Source: the human T2T-CHM13v2.0 reference genome, Homo sapiens. From it: a DNA stretch of 64,000 nt. This document shows, one piece after another, positions 44,154 through 58,672 of the stretch. Each line of letters starts with the position of its first letter. The stretch's first letter is position 1. The position numbers and the translations under genes were made by a program. The stretch lies in the NCBI RefSeq assembly GCF_009914755.1, contig NC_060932.1, one strand, 5' to 3'. The notes under the pieces were generated by a model that was not told the origin of the DNA, did not search any database, and was given only the letters and a program-made list of their open reading frames with translations.

Positions 44154-44565
44154 TGTATTTGTTACAAAATAGGCTATGCAGCTATAACAAAGAGACCCAG
44201 ACATGACACAAACAGAACTTTGCTTCTCTCTTATATAACTGACCAGGAAAATGTGTTCTTGAGCTGTTTGGGTGCCCCTGCCATGTTCATCACATGGTTT
44301 CTATCTCTGAGTCCACAGCAGCTGCTCCAGGTCTTGCTCACCCAAAGAGTGGGAAATGCCAGAGATGTGTGAGCACATACCTTTTTGGAGGCATGAACTG
44401 GAGATATGGCAGCATCACTTCTCCTTATGCCACACTGCCCGGAACACACCAACCTACAAGAGAGGCTGGGAAATGGAGTCTTTTGTCGGTACACCTATAC
44501 CCTGCCATCCTATTACTGGAAACAGTGAGAATGGTCCTGGTGGACACCTGATAGTTCCTGACCCA
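44154..44565 (-). mobile_element. Old MLT1 LTR
   Basis: AGGCTATGCAGCTATAACAAA; CATCACTTCTCCTTA; CAAGAGAGGCTGGGAAATGGAGTCTTT. Confidence 0.65.
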
Positions 44566-44889
44566 GAAACCATCAACATACATTAACATTTCCTGATTAG
44601 TGGCCTCTCATGTAATTAGTCCCATAGCCAAAGGTATAATGTGTTGGGAATGAGAAATGTAGTGAAAAGCCCAATTTACAGAAAGTCTGCCTAGTCAATG
44701 CATCCCTAAACAGGTAAATGCAAGGGGAATTGCTGAGATGAGAAACCTCCTGAAGATCCATTAGATGCCTGGAAAAAGAATGCAGTTGGTCAAGCCTCTC
44801 AACCTCACTTATTACCAAGCACTGTCCTCTGCATATTATACTCCAATGATACAGAATCACTTGTAAGGTTTCCCTTGTGTGTCTATTAT

Positions 44890-45220
44890 TTCTTATTTCT
44901 TCCAGCTTGGATCTCACTTGTACGTGTGCCTGGAATGTCCTTCTCACCCCCACTACTATCTAACTGGTAACTACCAACTCATCTCTGGCATTTATTCAAA
45001 TCTCACCTACTCTGAGAAAGTGCTCTTGACTCCTGGGACATGATAACCATTCCCAGACAGCTTACACTGACAGCACTTAGTGTCCCAAAGCATTTACACA
45101 TCTGTCTCACCATACCGGACTCTAAACTTCTTGAGGGCAGAGACTGTGCCTTACTAGTTTTGTAGCTTTAGTGCTCCATGGTTCAGAAGTGTAGGCACGT
45201 GTTATATACTTTTCTAACAT
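44890..45220 (+). mobile_element. L2 3' fragment
   Basis: TGCCTGGAATGTCCTTC; GGACTCTAAACTTCTTGAGGGCAGAGACTGTG. Confidence 0.65.
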
Positions 45221-45385
45221 TTTGAAGAGTGACAGCTAGGAAAAAAGCCATAAACTCAAAAGAAGGCATTTTAGGAGATTAGGTGACCCGCTTGAGAATC
45301 ACTGATGGCTGAGGGAAATAAACCAATGAAGAAGGAGAGACTGTAGAGGAGGAAGAGAGATTTGATTCAACAAAATGGGAGACAA

Positions 45386-45690
45386 GGCCGGGTGCAGTGG
45401 TTCATGCTTGTAATCCCAGCACTTTGGGAGGCCGAGGTGAGCGGACCACTTGAGGTCAGGAGTTCGGGACCAGCTTGGGCAACATGGTATAACCCCATCT
45501 CTACTAAAAATACAAAAATTAATCCGGCATGGTGGCACCCGCCTATAATAGCAGTTACTCGGGTGACTGAGACACGAGAATCGCTTTAATCCAGGAGGTA
45601 GAGGTTGCAGTGAGCTGAGATTGCACCACTGCACTTCACCCTGGATAACAGAGTGAGACTGTGTCTCAAAAAGAAAAAGAAAGAAAAGAA
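45386..45690 (+). mobile_element. AluS
   Basis: GGCCGGGTGCAGTGG ... CACTTGAGGTCAGGAGTTCG ... A-rich tail. Confidence 0.95.
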
Positions 45691-47149
45691 AATAGAAATA
45701 AGAATACCAGGCTCATCAAAGAAGAATGCCCAGACTTAAAAATAAAATTTAAGGAAGATACAGGTATTACTGGAGGAAGTTAAAGAGAAACGATGGAGTA
45801 GAGAGAAGGTAAATTGAAGTTGCTTTTCATATGTTTGCATACATATATCAAGAAGTCATGTACCAAATTCCCTTCAAATTTATGTATGTATGTTCAAAAT
45901 CAGATTTTAAATTTAACTCTCTACAAAATACACTTAAACAAGGTAAAGTCTATCCTTAATTTGAGGCCCAAATTCTCTTTAACATCGCATTTTGATGGGA
46001 AACTTGGCCTTCTGGTTCTGATAAAATCTAACAACCTTGGTCATAGTTATTTTGAAGTAACTAGCATAATATTAAAAAATAGATTGAAGAGGGGTGTGAA
46101 GGGAAAGACTTGATAAATGCATTTGTTTCTGATAAGTAGTGATGAGGTTCAGATCTTTTTCTCCAGATGGCTTTTAAAATAATTTAAAGAAAACTATGTT
46201 GTTCAGTAATGGTAAATATCAACATCATGGTCTCGCTTGGATACCGGACTCACAGTGAGCAGAAAGAAGCTTTTCTCTGTCATCTCTCCCTCCCCTGCAG
46301 CCCCTCCCTTCATGCCCACCGAGGGGCAGGCCTTTGGCACAGGCTCTCCTGAAGCCCTGATGCCTGCCACCAGTGCCTTCCAGTGAGTCCAGCGCAGGCC
46401 TGCTTTACCTCGGGTTTTCCTTGCTAGCCTCAGGACACCAAGATTCACTGCTGCCTGTGTCACCCTCAGCCCTTTGATAAAAATCAGCCCATCTTGAACC
46501 ATCAGGGTGGTGAAAGTTTAACGATATGATTATGGTGAGGTGCACTCTAGGTAGGGGCCTGGAAGGGCCTTTCATGGGATTTTCTTTTCTAATAATTCAG
46601 GTGATACTTCAAACTTTCTGAAGATCAGAGTTTCCACTACCCTGCCCCACAAAGGCAATGGAGTGTGGCCTTTTCACAGTATAACTATGGCTGACAACAA
46701 ATAAAAAATAATGAAATAATGATAGCTGGTATTTATTGAATGCCCACGGCAGTCCAGGCATTGGCTACTCAGTTTACACTTAGTATTTCTGGTCATTTTT
46801 ACAATAATCCTGTGAGCTACTCCAGTCTCTTGTTGCCTAGATGGCTTGAATTTCCATAATAGTAAAAAATGGGTAAGAGGTAAGTATTGTAGCAGCAGAA
46901 CTCCAGATGTTATGTTATGCACTGCCTGTCTCCCAGCATTTCTGGGGAAGAAGGTATTTGCCATGCTCCTCAAGCCCCATAGAACAGCAAGCAGGATCGA
47001 TCCATACCTGAAGTCCACTTGCCTGCTGCTCTCCCTGCCTGTAGACATCCACTTGTCAATTCTTTTTGTCATAAGAACTGCAGCTGTCACTAAAATTTAC
47101 ACTATTATTTAATTATTTTAGTAAGGGAACTTAATAAAAATGAGAACCT

Positions 47150-47400
47150 TATAAAAATAAATACATTGCAGCACTAGTCCTAATAGCTGCGATGTGAGAA
47201 CAATCTAAATGTCCGTTGATAGACAAATGAAGAAAGAAAATATCACACACAAACACACACACACAAATATTATTCGGCCTTAAGAAAGATCTGCTGTGTA
47301 ACACCATATCTTTAGAACACTTTATTGCACACTGAAAAATCTGTTAAGAGAGTAGCTCTCATCTTAAGTGTTCTTACCACAATAAAATAAATGTAAAATA
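47150..47400 (+). mobile_element. L1MA/MB 3' fragments
   Basis: ATTGCAGCACTAG...CAATCTAAATGTCCGTTGATAGA; TTAAGTGTTCTTACCACAATAAAATAA. Confidence 0.7.
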
Positions 47401-48330
47401 CACCTTTTTTAGTAAAAGCAGAGAATATTCCATAAAATAGGTATGATATTAAAAAACATGCCGTTAAACCTGAAAACTATAGTTTGTGCTTTTAGTCTTT
47501 GCATGCACACACACATGCACACAGATGCAAATGATCTGCCTTCAACAACATATTACAGTTACTCATTTTAATATATATTACATATCCTTCAGTGTTCTTG
47601 CAGCATGCAAAAAGAATATCATTTCTATAATGAGGCAAACTGATGGGAGTCAGGTTGCTTTTCAGCTTCAATGTATATTCCTTGGCACCAATGTGAGATT
47701 CAGCCTCTAAGTAGTGCCTGACACTTGACATTTGATGACAGACCTTGCTATTACATATCGGTTTTTAAAGCTCTTATCTATAACAGGTGATCTTGCTACC
47801 CTTTTGATAGTGTTTTATAGTTTATTTTTTGGATGAATGTAAGGCATGTTTCTCAATCCTTCCTAGGATTTCCCTATCTAAGGAACACTAGACTAAATTC
47901 CCCTTTTAAAAAAAAATCCTTTTTTCTCTTCTTTGTCTCTACCTACCCAAGTCTCAGCACAAGAATTAAGGCAATAAAATAATAATTTTTAAAAATGTAT
48001 CAACCAAAATGGCTGCTTTCCAAACCTTGAAAAGAACTGTGGTGTGTGGGTAGCCTAAGCTATTTTCTCTATTAGCCATGCAGTCACGGCCTAAATACGA
48101 CAGGTTCCTCAGAAATACTTTGCTTGTCAGTATCATGGTAATGATTCAAGAACAGTTAGGCTAAATGCCTCAGACTTTTCTAAACACATAGCTGATGCCA
48201 TGTTCTTTTCCATTTTACGAGCTGCTGTTGACATTGAGATTTTCCACATCCTCAGAGCCGTTATGCTACTTCTGTTGGAAGGATTGGCTATTTTAGTCAA
48301 CGTGAGCTGCGCTGACAAAAACGTGCCTAG

Positions 48331-48349
48331 AACATCCTCTGGTGGCGAC
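48331..48349 (-). promoter_or_regulatory. CTCF-like motif within a CpG-enriched unique segment
   Basis: Minus strand GTCGCCACCAGAGGATGTT versus the CTCF core GCCACCAG(A/G)GGGCGC; 3' part imperfect. Confidence 0.45.
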
Positions 48350-48421
48350 AGTGGGAATCATCAGTTTTTGACATAACTGAAGGTTCCTTGTTCAGCCCCA
48401 TTCCGCAGGAATGACACTTAC

Positions 48422-48597
48422 CAAGGAAACAGTCCCATGACTGAACACACGCAGCGACTGAGAAACAGCCTGCTTTGAAGACTTTACCGCAACCCTGCCA
48501 CATATTTTGGGCATTCTGCTGCGAAAGTTCTTAATACGGGATGGCACCATCTCGCCACAAGACTTGCTTCCCACTCTTTTCTACCACTGGTGTAAAT
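48422..48597 (-). other. Candidate spliced exon (lncRNA or 5'UTR)
   Basis: Acceptor ttctctttacttttcacttccag|A and donor TTG|gtaagt are both near consensus; 176 nt of non-repetitive sequence. Confidence 0.45.
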
Positions 48598-48782
48598 CTG
48601 GAAGTGAAAAGTAAAGAGAACTTACAAATCAGCTTCTGAAAGACAAAGTCTCATATGATACCTCTTTGCAAACTTCCACAAACACAAACAAGTTATTAAT
48701 GCGTTGCTTGGATTTCTTTGTAATGGAAATTAAAGTTTCATAAAAGCTGTTCGATTGTGACAGTTTGAGGTTCAGAAGCTGA

Positions 48783-49063
<281 letters not shown>

Positions 49064-49700
49064 TGACATTTTCTAACTGATGTTTGTGGTCTTTAGTGCT
49101 TTGCTTCAAAATTGCAAATCCTACAAAGACCCTTTTTTGTTTTTTCCCGACCCTAAATTAAATAAATCAGTAAGCAATGACAGCTTTCTGGAATGGAAAG
49201 GCTAAGGGGTCAATTATGAATTAAATTAAGCTTATGTAGCAATCAAAACCTGTGAATTGGGTGAGAAGAAATATCCATTTAATCCCAGTGACATGAGCCA
49301 CTGAGAACATCCTGCCTCCTGATAACAGGCCACGTGTTCTTTGTGTTTTATTACACATCATAGAATGAATTAGATCTAATGAGGCTGGCTTGTGTGGCTA
49401 ATTTCTTTAATGATTTTGATTAATGTAAAGTTTAAAAGATGTGACACATGACTATCTGCAGAATGTGATGCTAATGACAACATTTGATGGGTCAACTGGC
49501 TCCCAGAGACATCATCATCCACAGGAATTACTGCTGTGTAAATTTTTCCTTTGTAAATTCTTTAGGATGTAAAGAAGGTCAAAGTGAACATATTTTTCTG
49601 ATTCATGGGCTAGAACCCTAAACTTAACAATTGGTTGAAACTAACAATACTGTGATAAAGATGAAAATATCCATTGCCCCCTCGGGAACAAAACAGATTA

Positions 49701-50396
<696 letters not shown>

Positions 50397-53339
50397 CTAC
50401 TCAAGTCATGGTCACCCATCTGCCTTAGCCTGCACCTCTTCAACTGGTCTTGGATATGAAGCACTGGTGAGCTATGTACCATGTAACTCCACTTAAAATC
50501 CTTTCTGTGTACGCTTTAAATATCTTGGCTTTCTTATTGCAGATTTTCAAAATTGTAACTTTGTTTTTAATCCTAAAGTGGCACAAGTCTTCTGAGAAAC
50601 CGATGGATAAAATTGTTGCCTGAGGCTTGCTTCACAATTTGGAGTGGCAGGCAAAAGTGGAGAAACCAGAAATGACCTCTCTCTTGTTTGATAAAAGCAG
50701 TCAACAGTCACTGTTGACCCATGCGCTAGAAGTTGAACTTGGAAAGTGGTAGGCCCCAGGGTCCCATCCAAGAGAGCTGGAGTTCATGGAAAGACTCCCA
50801 TCCACCAGAGAGCTAGAGCACACACCAGAACCAATGCTAGGGACAGAGCACACACAGAGAGCTAGCAAGAAAGACTCACCTCAAACACCAGATACTGAGA
50901 CCCAGAGCAGGACACTAAGGCTAGTGCAACCCTGTTGGGAGGGACTGAGTTTGAATACACTCCCTAACGTGACCTGCAGCGGCCATACAGGACCGCACAG
51001 AGCTGAGCCTACAGGAGGCAATTCTTCAATTTTTCTGTAAAGCACTACATTTGCAAAGTAATAATTCCTATGTGTGATGACATCTCCAGAAGGCAGGTGA
51101 CCTTTAAAATGGTGCTATTATCCTGCCATTCAGAGACAGTCCTGTAGCCCAGATTAATGAAGTCAGAAAAAATACAACCACAGTATCTATTCAGTCTTGC
51201 TCTCCCTGCCCAACTCTCCAAGGGATAGGAAAAACATGTGAGTTCATTGAGGGAATAGACGGAAGGAGATCTCATAATTTTCTAGCAAGAAAGAGGTGGA
51301 AAGTGCAAATCAAACCTGTTCACCTGTTATTACTAGGTAAGAATGAATTAAGTATCTTTAACATGTTTTTCTGTATTATCTTTATTATTATTTAAAAAAT
51401 CATAAATAATACTTATGAGGGCCATTATATATTTAATCCAAACATCGCCTAACAAACATTATATGCACCTCAGAAAAAATGTCCCTCAAGGGCGGGGAGA
51501 AATTGCTATATAAATGTAATGAAAAGCAAAGTAATGAAAGAGGTTTATCCTGGTATATGCTTGCATGGAAAATGTTAGGAAAGAATCTGGAGAACTAATT
51601 GTATTCATTCCTAGTGAGCAGAAGCTATGCTGGTTGTTTTCAGTATCACTTATCATAATGTATTGTTAGGCATGACAATAACAAAAATAGATGGCAGTTA
51701 CACTTTGTTTTGATCTAATTAGCTAATGTTTTCCTAATTCAGATTATGAAATATGTATGTCCCCCAAATCTAAATAGGATTATAAGGATGTAGAAATGAA
51801 GTCACATGATTCCTGCCCTCAAGGAGATGATGATCTACTCTGCAGATCTATCATAACTACAAGGCTGAGTGTAACACAGGCAATAACCACAAAGTGTTAA
51901 AATGAACAAAGAGAAGACCATCTATATGGAACACGACACCCTCAGAAACATGGAACAGCTTCTCACAGACCTCTGATTTGGTAGGAAGAGCTTTCTAATA
52001 GAGAACTTCATGTATTTATTCTTATTCTCCTTTACATATTATGAACAAAACAGTACCCTTCACACCAGTAGACTTCAAACTTCATTTTGCATAAGGACAT
52101 CTAAAAGATGGTAAACATGCAGTTGCCACCCAAATTCCTAAGCATCTGATTCAGGGGGTCTACAATTTTAATGTGTACTCCTTGAACCATACTTCGAGAA
52201 ATATCATTTAGACATTGATATTGTTCAATTCCTTCAAATATTTTACCCATTAAAGACTGCTAAAGTGAGGTTATAAGGTTTTGGTAAAGTCTCATTAAAT
52301 ATTTATAAAGATACTGCCATCCCTCCAGAAGACATCTACTCACTATCTCTCTCTGGTCAAACCACACTAACTTTGCTTACTCTTTAGGCTAGGTATGAAT
52401 GTGGCTACATTTCACTAAGGCTAATGAAGAATTCTGGGATGAGCTTAGAAGAGCAAAATTCACACACCTTAAGGTATTATTTGCCCACAAACCATGCTTT
52501 GAGAAGTGGACATGTTTAATATAACAACATTTAAGAGGGACAGACATAGACATTTTGTTTCATTACATTTCACATCTTATGTGCTACCTTATCATTGTAT
52601 CAAAAAAAATTATCAGGTTTATATGACCATTGATTTGTTCTTAATAAACCCTATATAGCCTATATCTCAATTCATTTGACTGTAAAATCCCAAATAGACT
52701 ATAAAAACAAATTTCTAGAGTTAATGAACTAAAAAATTACCATTAATTGAAGTACAAGCATTTATTTCAATTAAAGAATGTCACAATATTTAGTTTACAT
52801 CTCACAGCTACCACCATAAATCTAATCAATGGCATAATTTATACTGAAGAGCAATTTGAATAATTTAATACACTGTATTTAATGCTGGTCATTACACATA
52901 ATTGCAAATGTATACTATTATAAATGCAATATGTGCTGTAACATGGTTTATTCTGTTTATCTCCTGTCATATTACTTATTAATATTACTATTTGTGAACA
53001 AAATATAGGAAACTATTCCTTTCTTATCAAATAGCCTCAGAAAAAGTTTAATCAGTTTAAGCCCCCTGGGAAAAAATCCATCTTTCATAAATAAACTCAT
53101 AAAAACAACAGACTTTATAAATATTTAACATGCAATTACTCAGGATTATTAAATAAATTCTATTATCTATATTCCAATTTTTCCTTTTGTGCCAATCAGC
53201 TTTTGTTAAAGTATTAGTCAATTTCTACAGAAGAAAAATAAAAAGCAAATATATGATTGCAAATCTAAGATTTACCTAACACAGCCTATTTCAAACACTC
53301 CCTTCTTCTAGAAATGAAGGTTAAGATTAAGGTTAATAT

Positions 53340-53541
53340 CATCATGACTTATGATGACAGCATGTACCTATTATATGATATGGTGAGAATGGCACTTCAT
53401 CTCTGTGATCTTCCTCAAACCACAAGCCCAGCCAAACCGTAAGGAAAACATTAGACAAAGTCAAATTGAGGGACATTATATGAAACACCTGACCAGTACT
53501 CCTCAAAATTGTCAAGGTCACTAAAAACAAGGAAAATCTGA
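53340..53541 (+). mobile_element. L1MC 3'UTR, first piece
   Basis: GAGAATGGCACTTCATCTCTGTGATCTTCCTC...CCAGTACTCCTCAAAATTGTCAAGGTCA...CAAGGAAAATCTGA. Confidence 0.8.
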
Positions 53542-54159
53542 TCTCTAACTCTCATCTGAAGACTGTTCCAGAAGAGCTCTGGTTATATCTAGAATAATGA
53601 ATGCTTTGGTTGGAAGGAATTATTGTGCAAGTAATTTTGCAGCGCTAAAGGATCCAGAAGAGAGGCTGCAAAAAATAAGGCTATATGAGTATAAAGCACA
53701 GCTATTTTCTGTTTAGTTAATACAGAAAATTTAGATACACAGGTGCTTCTGTATTATTTCTTAAAACATTTACCAAATGCCTACTGTGTACAAGATGCTT
53801 TACTAGGTGATATGCTGAATACAAAGTTATATATTATGTAATCAGGTGTGATAGGTACATGTTGGAACTTGAAGCAATTCCAGCAGTTATACAGTTTTTT
53901 GGCTGTCTCTTTTTGCCTGAAAATCCTCAATGGCTTATTCAGAAAAGACAGACTCAGAAGGCCTAAAGAATTTTATCTCAGATGGATGGTAACCAGACCA
54001 GTGATGAGGAATATGACAGCATCATAAACAACATTGAAGAAGAGGAAAAAAGAGTTTGGCTCAGCTGAATCTGTGATTTTCAGAATGCTGAGTTACCCCC
54101 CAATTTGCAGAGCTTTAATTGTAGATTATGACCTACAAATTTCCCAACAGTTCTCAAAC

Positions 54160-55460
54160 ATTAATACCATCATGCAAACCCAGATGTTGGAGTTATTAGG
54201 CAACTATTTTAAAGCCCCTATTATAGCTATGCTCAAAGAGACATAAGGTAATTTGTTTGTAATAAATTAAGAGATAGAGAATCTCAGAACAAAAATAGAA
54301 ACTATGAAGAAGAACCAAATGCACATTTTACAACTGAAAACAGAATTCCAGAACTAGAAAGTGTACTGAATGAGCTAAATAGCAGAATGAAAACAATAAA
54401 AATCATTCAATCTGAAAAAGAGAGAGAAAAAAGATTTTTTTTAATGAAGAAAGCCTTAGAACATGTGAGACAATTTCAAAATGTCCAACACATAAGTAAA
54501 TGGAGACCCAGATGAAGAGGAGTAAGATAATGAAGGAGAAAATAATTCAAGAAATAATGACAGAAACCTCTCAAATTAGTTGGAAGATACGTATTGACAG
54601 ATTTATAGATTCAACAACCTCAGCAACCTACAAACAGGATAAATTTGGAGAAATGGATGCCTGAGCACATTATATTCAAATTGGTTAAAAAAAAAGATTT
54701 AGTCATGAAAATAACCAGAGAAAAAGATACATTACAGAGGAACAATAATTTGGAAAACTACATACTTTTATGAGAAATCGTGGAGGCTCAAGACTGTGGA
54801 ACATCTGTTTAGTGCTAAACGAAAGAAAGATTTTTTTTAAAAACCTGTCAACCCAGAAGTGTATATTCAATGATGATAACCTTCAAGAATGAAAGTGCAT
54901 TTAAAACATATTCATATAAAGAAAAGCTAAGAATATGCACCACCAGTCTTGCACTACAAAATATGCTAAAGGAGATTCTTTCTGATGAAGGGAAATAATA
55001 CCAGGGAAAATTCAGATCTTTAGGAATTGAAAAGAGCACTGAATGTGATAGAAATGTGTAAGTATACATAAAAGACTGGTTCATTTGATTTAAAAATTGC
55101 AACATTGTTTGAAGCATAATTATAATATTGTCATGGAAAATTTACAATATAATATGACAACTATAACATGAAGAACAATAAATGTAAATGAACATATATA
55201 TACTGAAGTTCTTACATTTTATAAGTGGTAAAATATTATAATATGAAAAGTTAAGAATTGATATTTTAATTCTTAGAACAATTGTTTAAAAATAAAACCA
55301 CAAGGTATAGCTAAAAAGCTAATAGATAAATTAAAATGGAATTTCAAAACACACTCAACTATTGAAAAAGAAGGTAATAAGGTTGAAACAAAGGAACAAA
55401 AACCAGAGGGAACAAACTGAAAATAGGTGTGGTCACATCAATAATTACATTAAAGGTCAA
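54160..55460 (+). mobile_element. Old L1M ORF1 / inter-ORF region
   Basis: AGAACCAAATGCACATTTTACAACTGAAAA; GAAATAATGACAGAAAC; TGTCAACCCAGAAG...CCTTCAAGAATGAAAG. Confidence 0.7.
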
Positions 55461-55479
55461 TGGAATAAACACCCCAGGA

Positions 55480-56450
55480 GTCAGGGAGAAGACCTTACAA
55501 GCTTCCAGAAATGGAGAAAGAAAGTCATGTCACAAAGGATCAGAATGACATTAGACTTCTCAAAAACAACACTGGAGGCTGTGAAACATGGAACATTGTC
55601 TTCAAACTTCTTTTTAGAAAATAGTTATTTTTTCTTAGAATTTTACATATATCCCAAACTATTGATCAGATTTGAAGGTAGAATACAGATGTTTACCTTT
55701 TGCGTATCTTAAGATATGCAAAACTTAAGAAATACTTCTCATGAAGCTTTTCTCAGGATGGTCCTGGAGGATACATTCCTCCAAAAAGAGAAAGGAAGCC
55801 AAGAGAAAGAGAAACGTAGCAGGAAAGAAACAAGGGATCCAATATAGCAATGGAGTAAAGGCAAAGTCCAGGACAACTAGCAAAGAAGGCAGCGTATGTA
55901 ACAGATGGTTTCTAAAGATTCTTCTTGAGGAAGATGACAATAATAAAGTTCTTGATAAATGAAGGGTTTTAGATAACTGACAAAGAATTCAAAGTTGAAT
56001 TAGTGATAAGTATGTAGAAAACTAAGCAAACAAAACAAAAGGCAATTATCCCCTCAATGGTGTGGGGAGGAAGTTGCATAAGAAAGGATAGTAATGTTGG
56101 TACAATATAAGACTCAACTGCCATTATCTTTGACATATTTGAATTATTTAGAAATACTGACTATTGGCATAACTGAAATTACAATATACCAGTACTAAGA
56201 GTGTGAGAAGGTACTTGTTGGGCAGTGGCAAGGAGTAGTAACAGAGAGCTAAATCCTAATCTTTTCAGGGGGGTAATTATTAGAAATTGCTAAAACTTTT
56301 TTTAAAAAGCACCCACATAGATGCAGACATAGAGGTTAAAAAAAAATGAAAGTAAAGTGGCAGTGGCCTCAAAAATGGGTAAGAAGTGATGTAGGGAACT
56401 AGCATTACCAGGTATTTATATGGCTTTTTTAGTAGTAAAAACCAAAATTG
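55480..56450 (+). mobile_element. HAL1-like element
   Basis: CTTACAAGCTTCCAGA; ATCAGAATGACATTAGACTTCTCAAAAACAACACTGGAGGC; TTTCTCAGGA...CTGGAGGAT; CAAGGGATCCAA. Confidence 0.6.
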
Positions 56451-56754
56451 ATATAAAAGTGATTAAGACTTAAGAAGTTATAAAGTTCCTGAACCATAAC
56501 TTGTAAGCTTTTGAGCATTTCTTTACCTTCACTTGAAAATTAAGATAATTATTTTATTTAATAAGTTTTTAAAGCAGGTAGGTGAAAAGTATTGATATAT
56601 TGCCATTATATATTATAATAATTTAATATATGATAAATAATAATTTATCATATGCATGTAGGACACTTGACTTATTCATTCCTGTGGTATGCTCTATGTC
56701 ATCTCCCTAATATATATGAGGATATAAATAAATACTGAACAATGATAAAAGAAA

Positions 56755-57055
56755 AAAAGTCTAAGAACATGTCACAGTTGAGAGGAGGCTAAGGAAACTT
56801 GATGACTAAATGTAACTTGATATTCTGAATGAAATTCTGGAACAGAAAAAGGATGCTGGAAAAAGTTCATAAAATGTAATTAAGCATGAACTTTCATTAA
56901 TAATAATGTAGTATTGATATTGGTTCATTTATTGTGACGAAGGGACCACAATAATGAAAAATGTTAACAATAGGAGAAACTGGGTGAGGGGTGTGTAGGA
57001 ACTCTCTGTACTACCTTTACAGCTTTTCTGTAAACCAAGCACTATTTTAAAATGA
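56755..57055 (+). mobile_element. L1MC 3'UTR, second piece to 3' end
   Basis: AAAGTCTAAGAACATGTCACAG...GACTAAATGTAA...CTGGAACAGAAAAAGG...GGAACTCTCTGTACTAC. Confidence 0.8.
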
Positions 57056-57089
57056 AATGATGATTTCAAGTTGGAAAAAAACAATAATA

Positions 57090-57780
57090 TCAAGTGATAA
57101 TCTGGGAGAAAATATTTGCAACATAATAGGCAAATGATTTGTGTCCAGAATGTAGCCTACAAATTGACTAGAAAAAAGACCAGAAAAAATAGAAAAGTGG
57201 GAAAAGCACTGGGACAGGCTGACATAAATACAAATATCCAGTAAACATAAAATTATAGTAAGCCTCAGCAGTGATCAAGGAAACAAAATTTAAATGACCA
57301 CCTTTTATCCATCATGTTAGCAAATGTAAATTGACTACATCGAGGTCAAAATTAGAGAAACTGCACTGCTGGTAGAGCTGTAAATTATTACAGCCTCTTT
57401 GGAAAGCAATTTGACAGTATATATTAAAATTATAAATGCTTATACGCTCAGACCCAGAAATTCCTAATATCAATATCATTATTTACTTTCGATGCACAGT
57501 GGCAAGAAGGCAGGTACAGAAACATTCACTGCTGCATTGTTTGTAGTGGCAAAAAATTTAAAACTATGCACACATTCATGAATAGAGCAATTGTTACACA
57601 AATTAACCTATATGATAGTATATGTACACCATATGTATGAAATATAGAATATTATAGTTTTTAAAGTGAGGCAGATATGAGCTAACATAGATCTCTAAGA
57701 TGTTGCTGAGGGAGTAAAAAAGCAAGCTATAAATCAACAAGTTTATGGTGACACTTTAAAAAATAAACAGAAAAAATTGC
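57090..57780 (+). mobile_element. Old L1ME-like ORF2 end / 3'UTR
   Basis: CTGGGAGAAAATATTTGCAAC; CACTGCTGGTAGAGCTGTAAATT...TTTGGAAAGCAATTTG. Confidence 0.65.
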
Positions 57781-57959
57781 TAACAATGTTATATGTTTTA
57801 TTGGGAACCCCAAAATAAATGTAATACACAGGAAGTAATATAGGAGATGCACACCAGCTTGATGGTAAATCTTGGGAGTGGCAGGGCTGGATGAGCATTC
57901 TAGTCCGAGAAGAACCCAGCCTAAGGGTGCTGATAAAGCTTTAGCCACCTGCTCTCCCT

Positions 57960-58087
57960 TGGCTGTGTCTGCTGATTTCTGGGGAGTAAATACACCAACT
58001 GTAGATGATTTAATGGCTCATAAAATACCTAAAATTTTAACAACTGTCTTTTCCAAGCCATACAAGCAGACTCCAGCACTTCAGTGA
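57960..58087. mobile_element. MER63-like hAT fragment
   Basis: GTAAATACACCAAC...; terminal AGCCATACAAGCAGACTCCAGCAC. Confidence 0.45.
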
Positions 58088-58416
58088 CTCTAGTCTTACT
58101 CCTGTTTTTAAAACTTGTGTAGTTAGAAATTATTTTTAAACTTAAAAAAATATTTTATCTGAATGATTCTGGAGTACTCCAGAGGCAGAAATTTCCCAAA
58201 TTGTATTAAAATCTTGAAATGCCACTAAGGGCTTCTGGTGTCACTTAAAATGTCTGTGTCAGCAATTGCAGTTCCAGGATCCCGCATAGTACATGCTGTC
58301 TTTCTGAAAATAGATATAAATAAACTTAAAATAATTTTAAACAAATACTTTATCTACTTTGTCAGCATTGGCTTCATGATCCAGCTGAATGAAGGGAGAG
58401 ATTAATGGAGGATGTT

Positions 58417-58672
58417 TGTATTAGTTCTCTCTTCCATTTCTGCTGCAACGAATGACCACAAACTTAGCGGCTTAAAACAAGCAAATGCATTATCTTACAG
58501 TTCTGTAATTCACAAGTCCAAAAGGGTATCACTGGGCTGAAATCGAGGTGTCAGCTGGGCTGCATTCCTTTCTGGAAGTTCCAGAGTAGAATCCAGTGCC
58601 TTGCCTTTCCCAGCTTCGAGAATGCACCCCCATTCCTTGACTGTGGCCTGCTTCCTCCATCCTCAGAGCCAC
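58417..58672 (-). mobile_element. MLT1C/D-like LTR fragment
   Basis: ACCACAAACTTAGCGGCTTAAAACAA...TTATCTTACAGTTCTG...AGGTGTCAGCTGGGCTGCATTCCTTTCTGGA. Confidence 0.8.
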
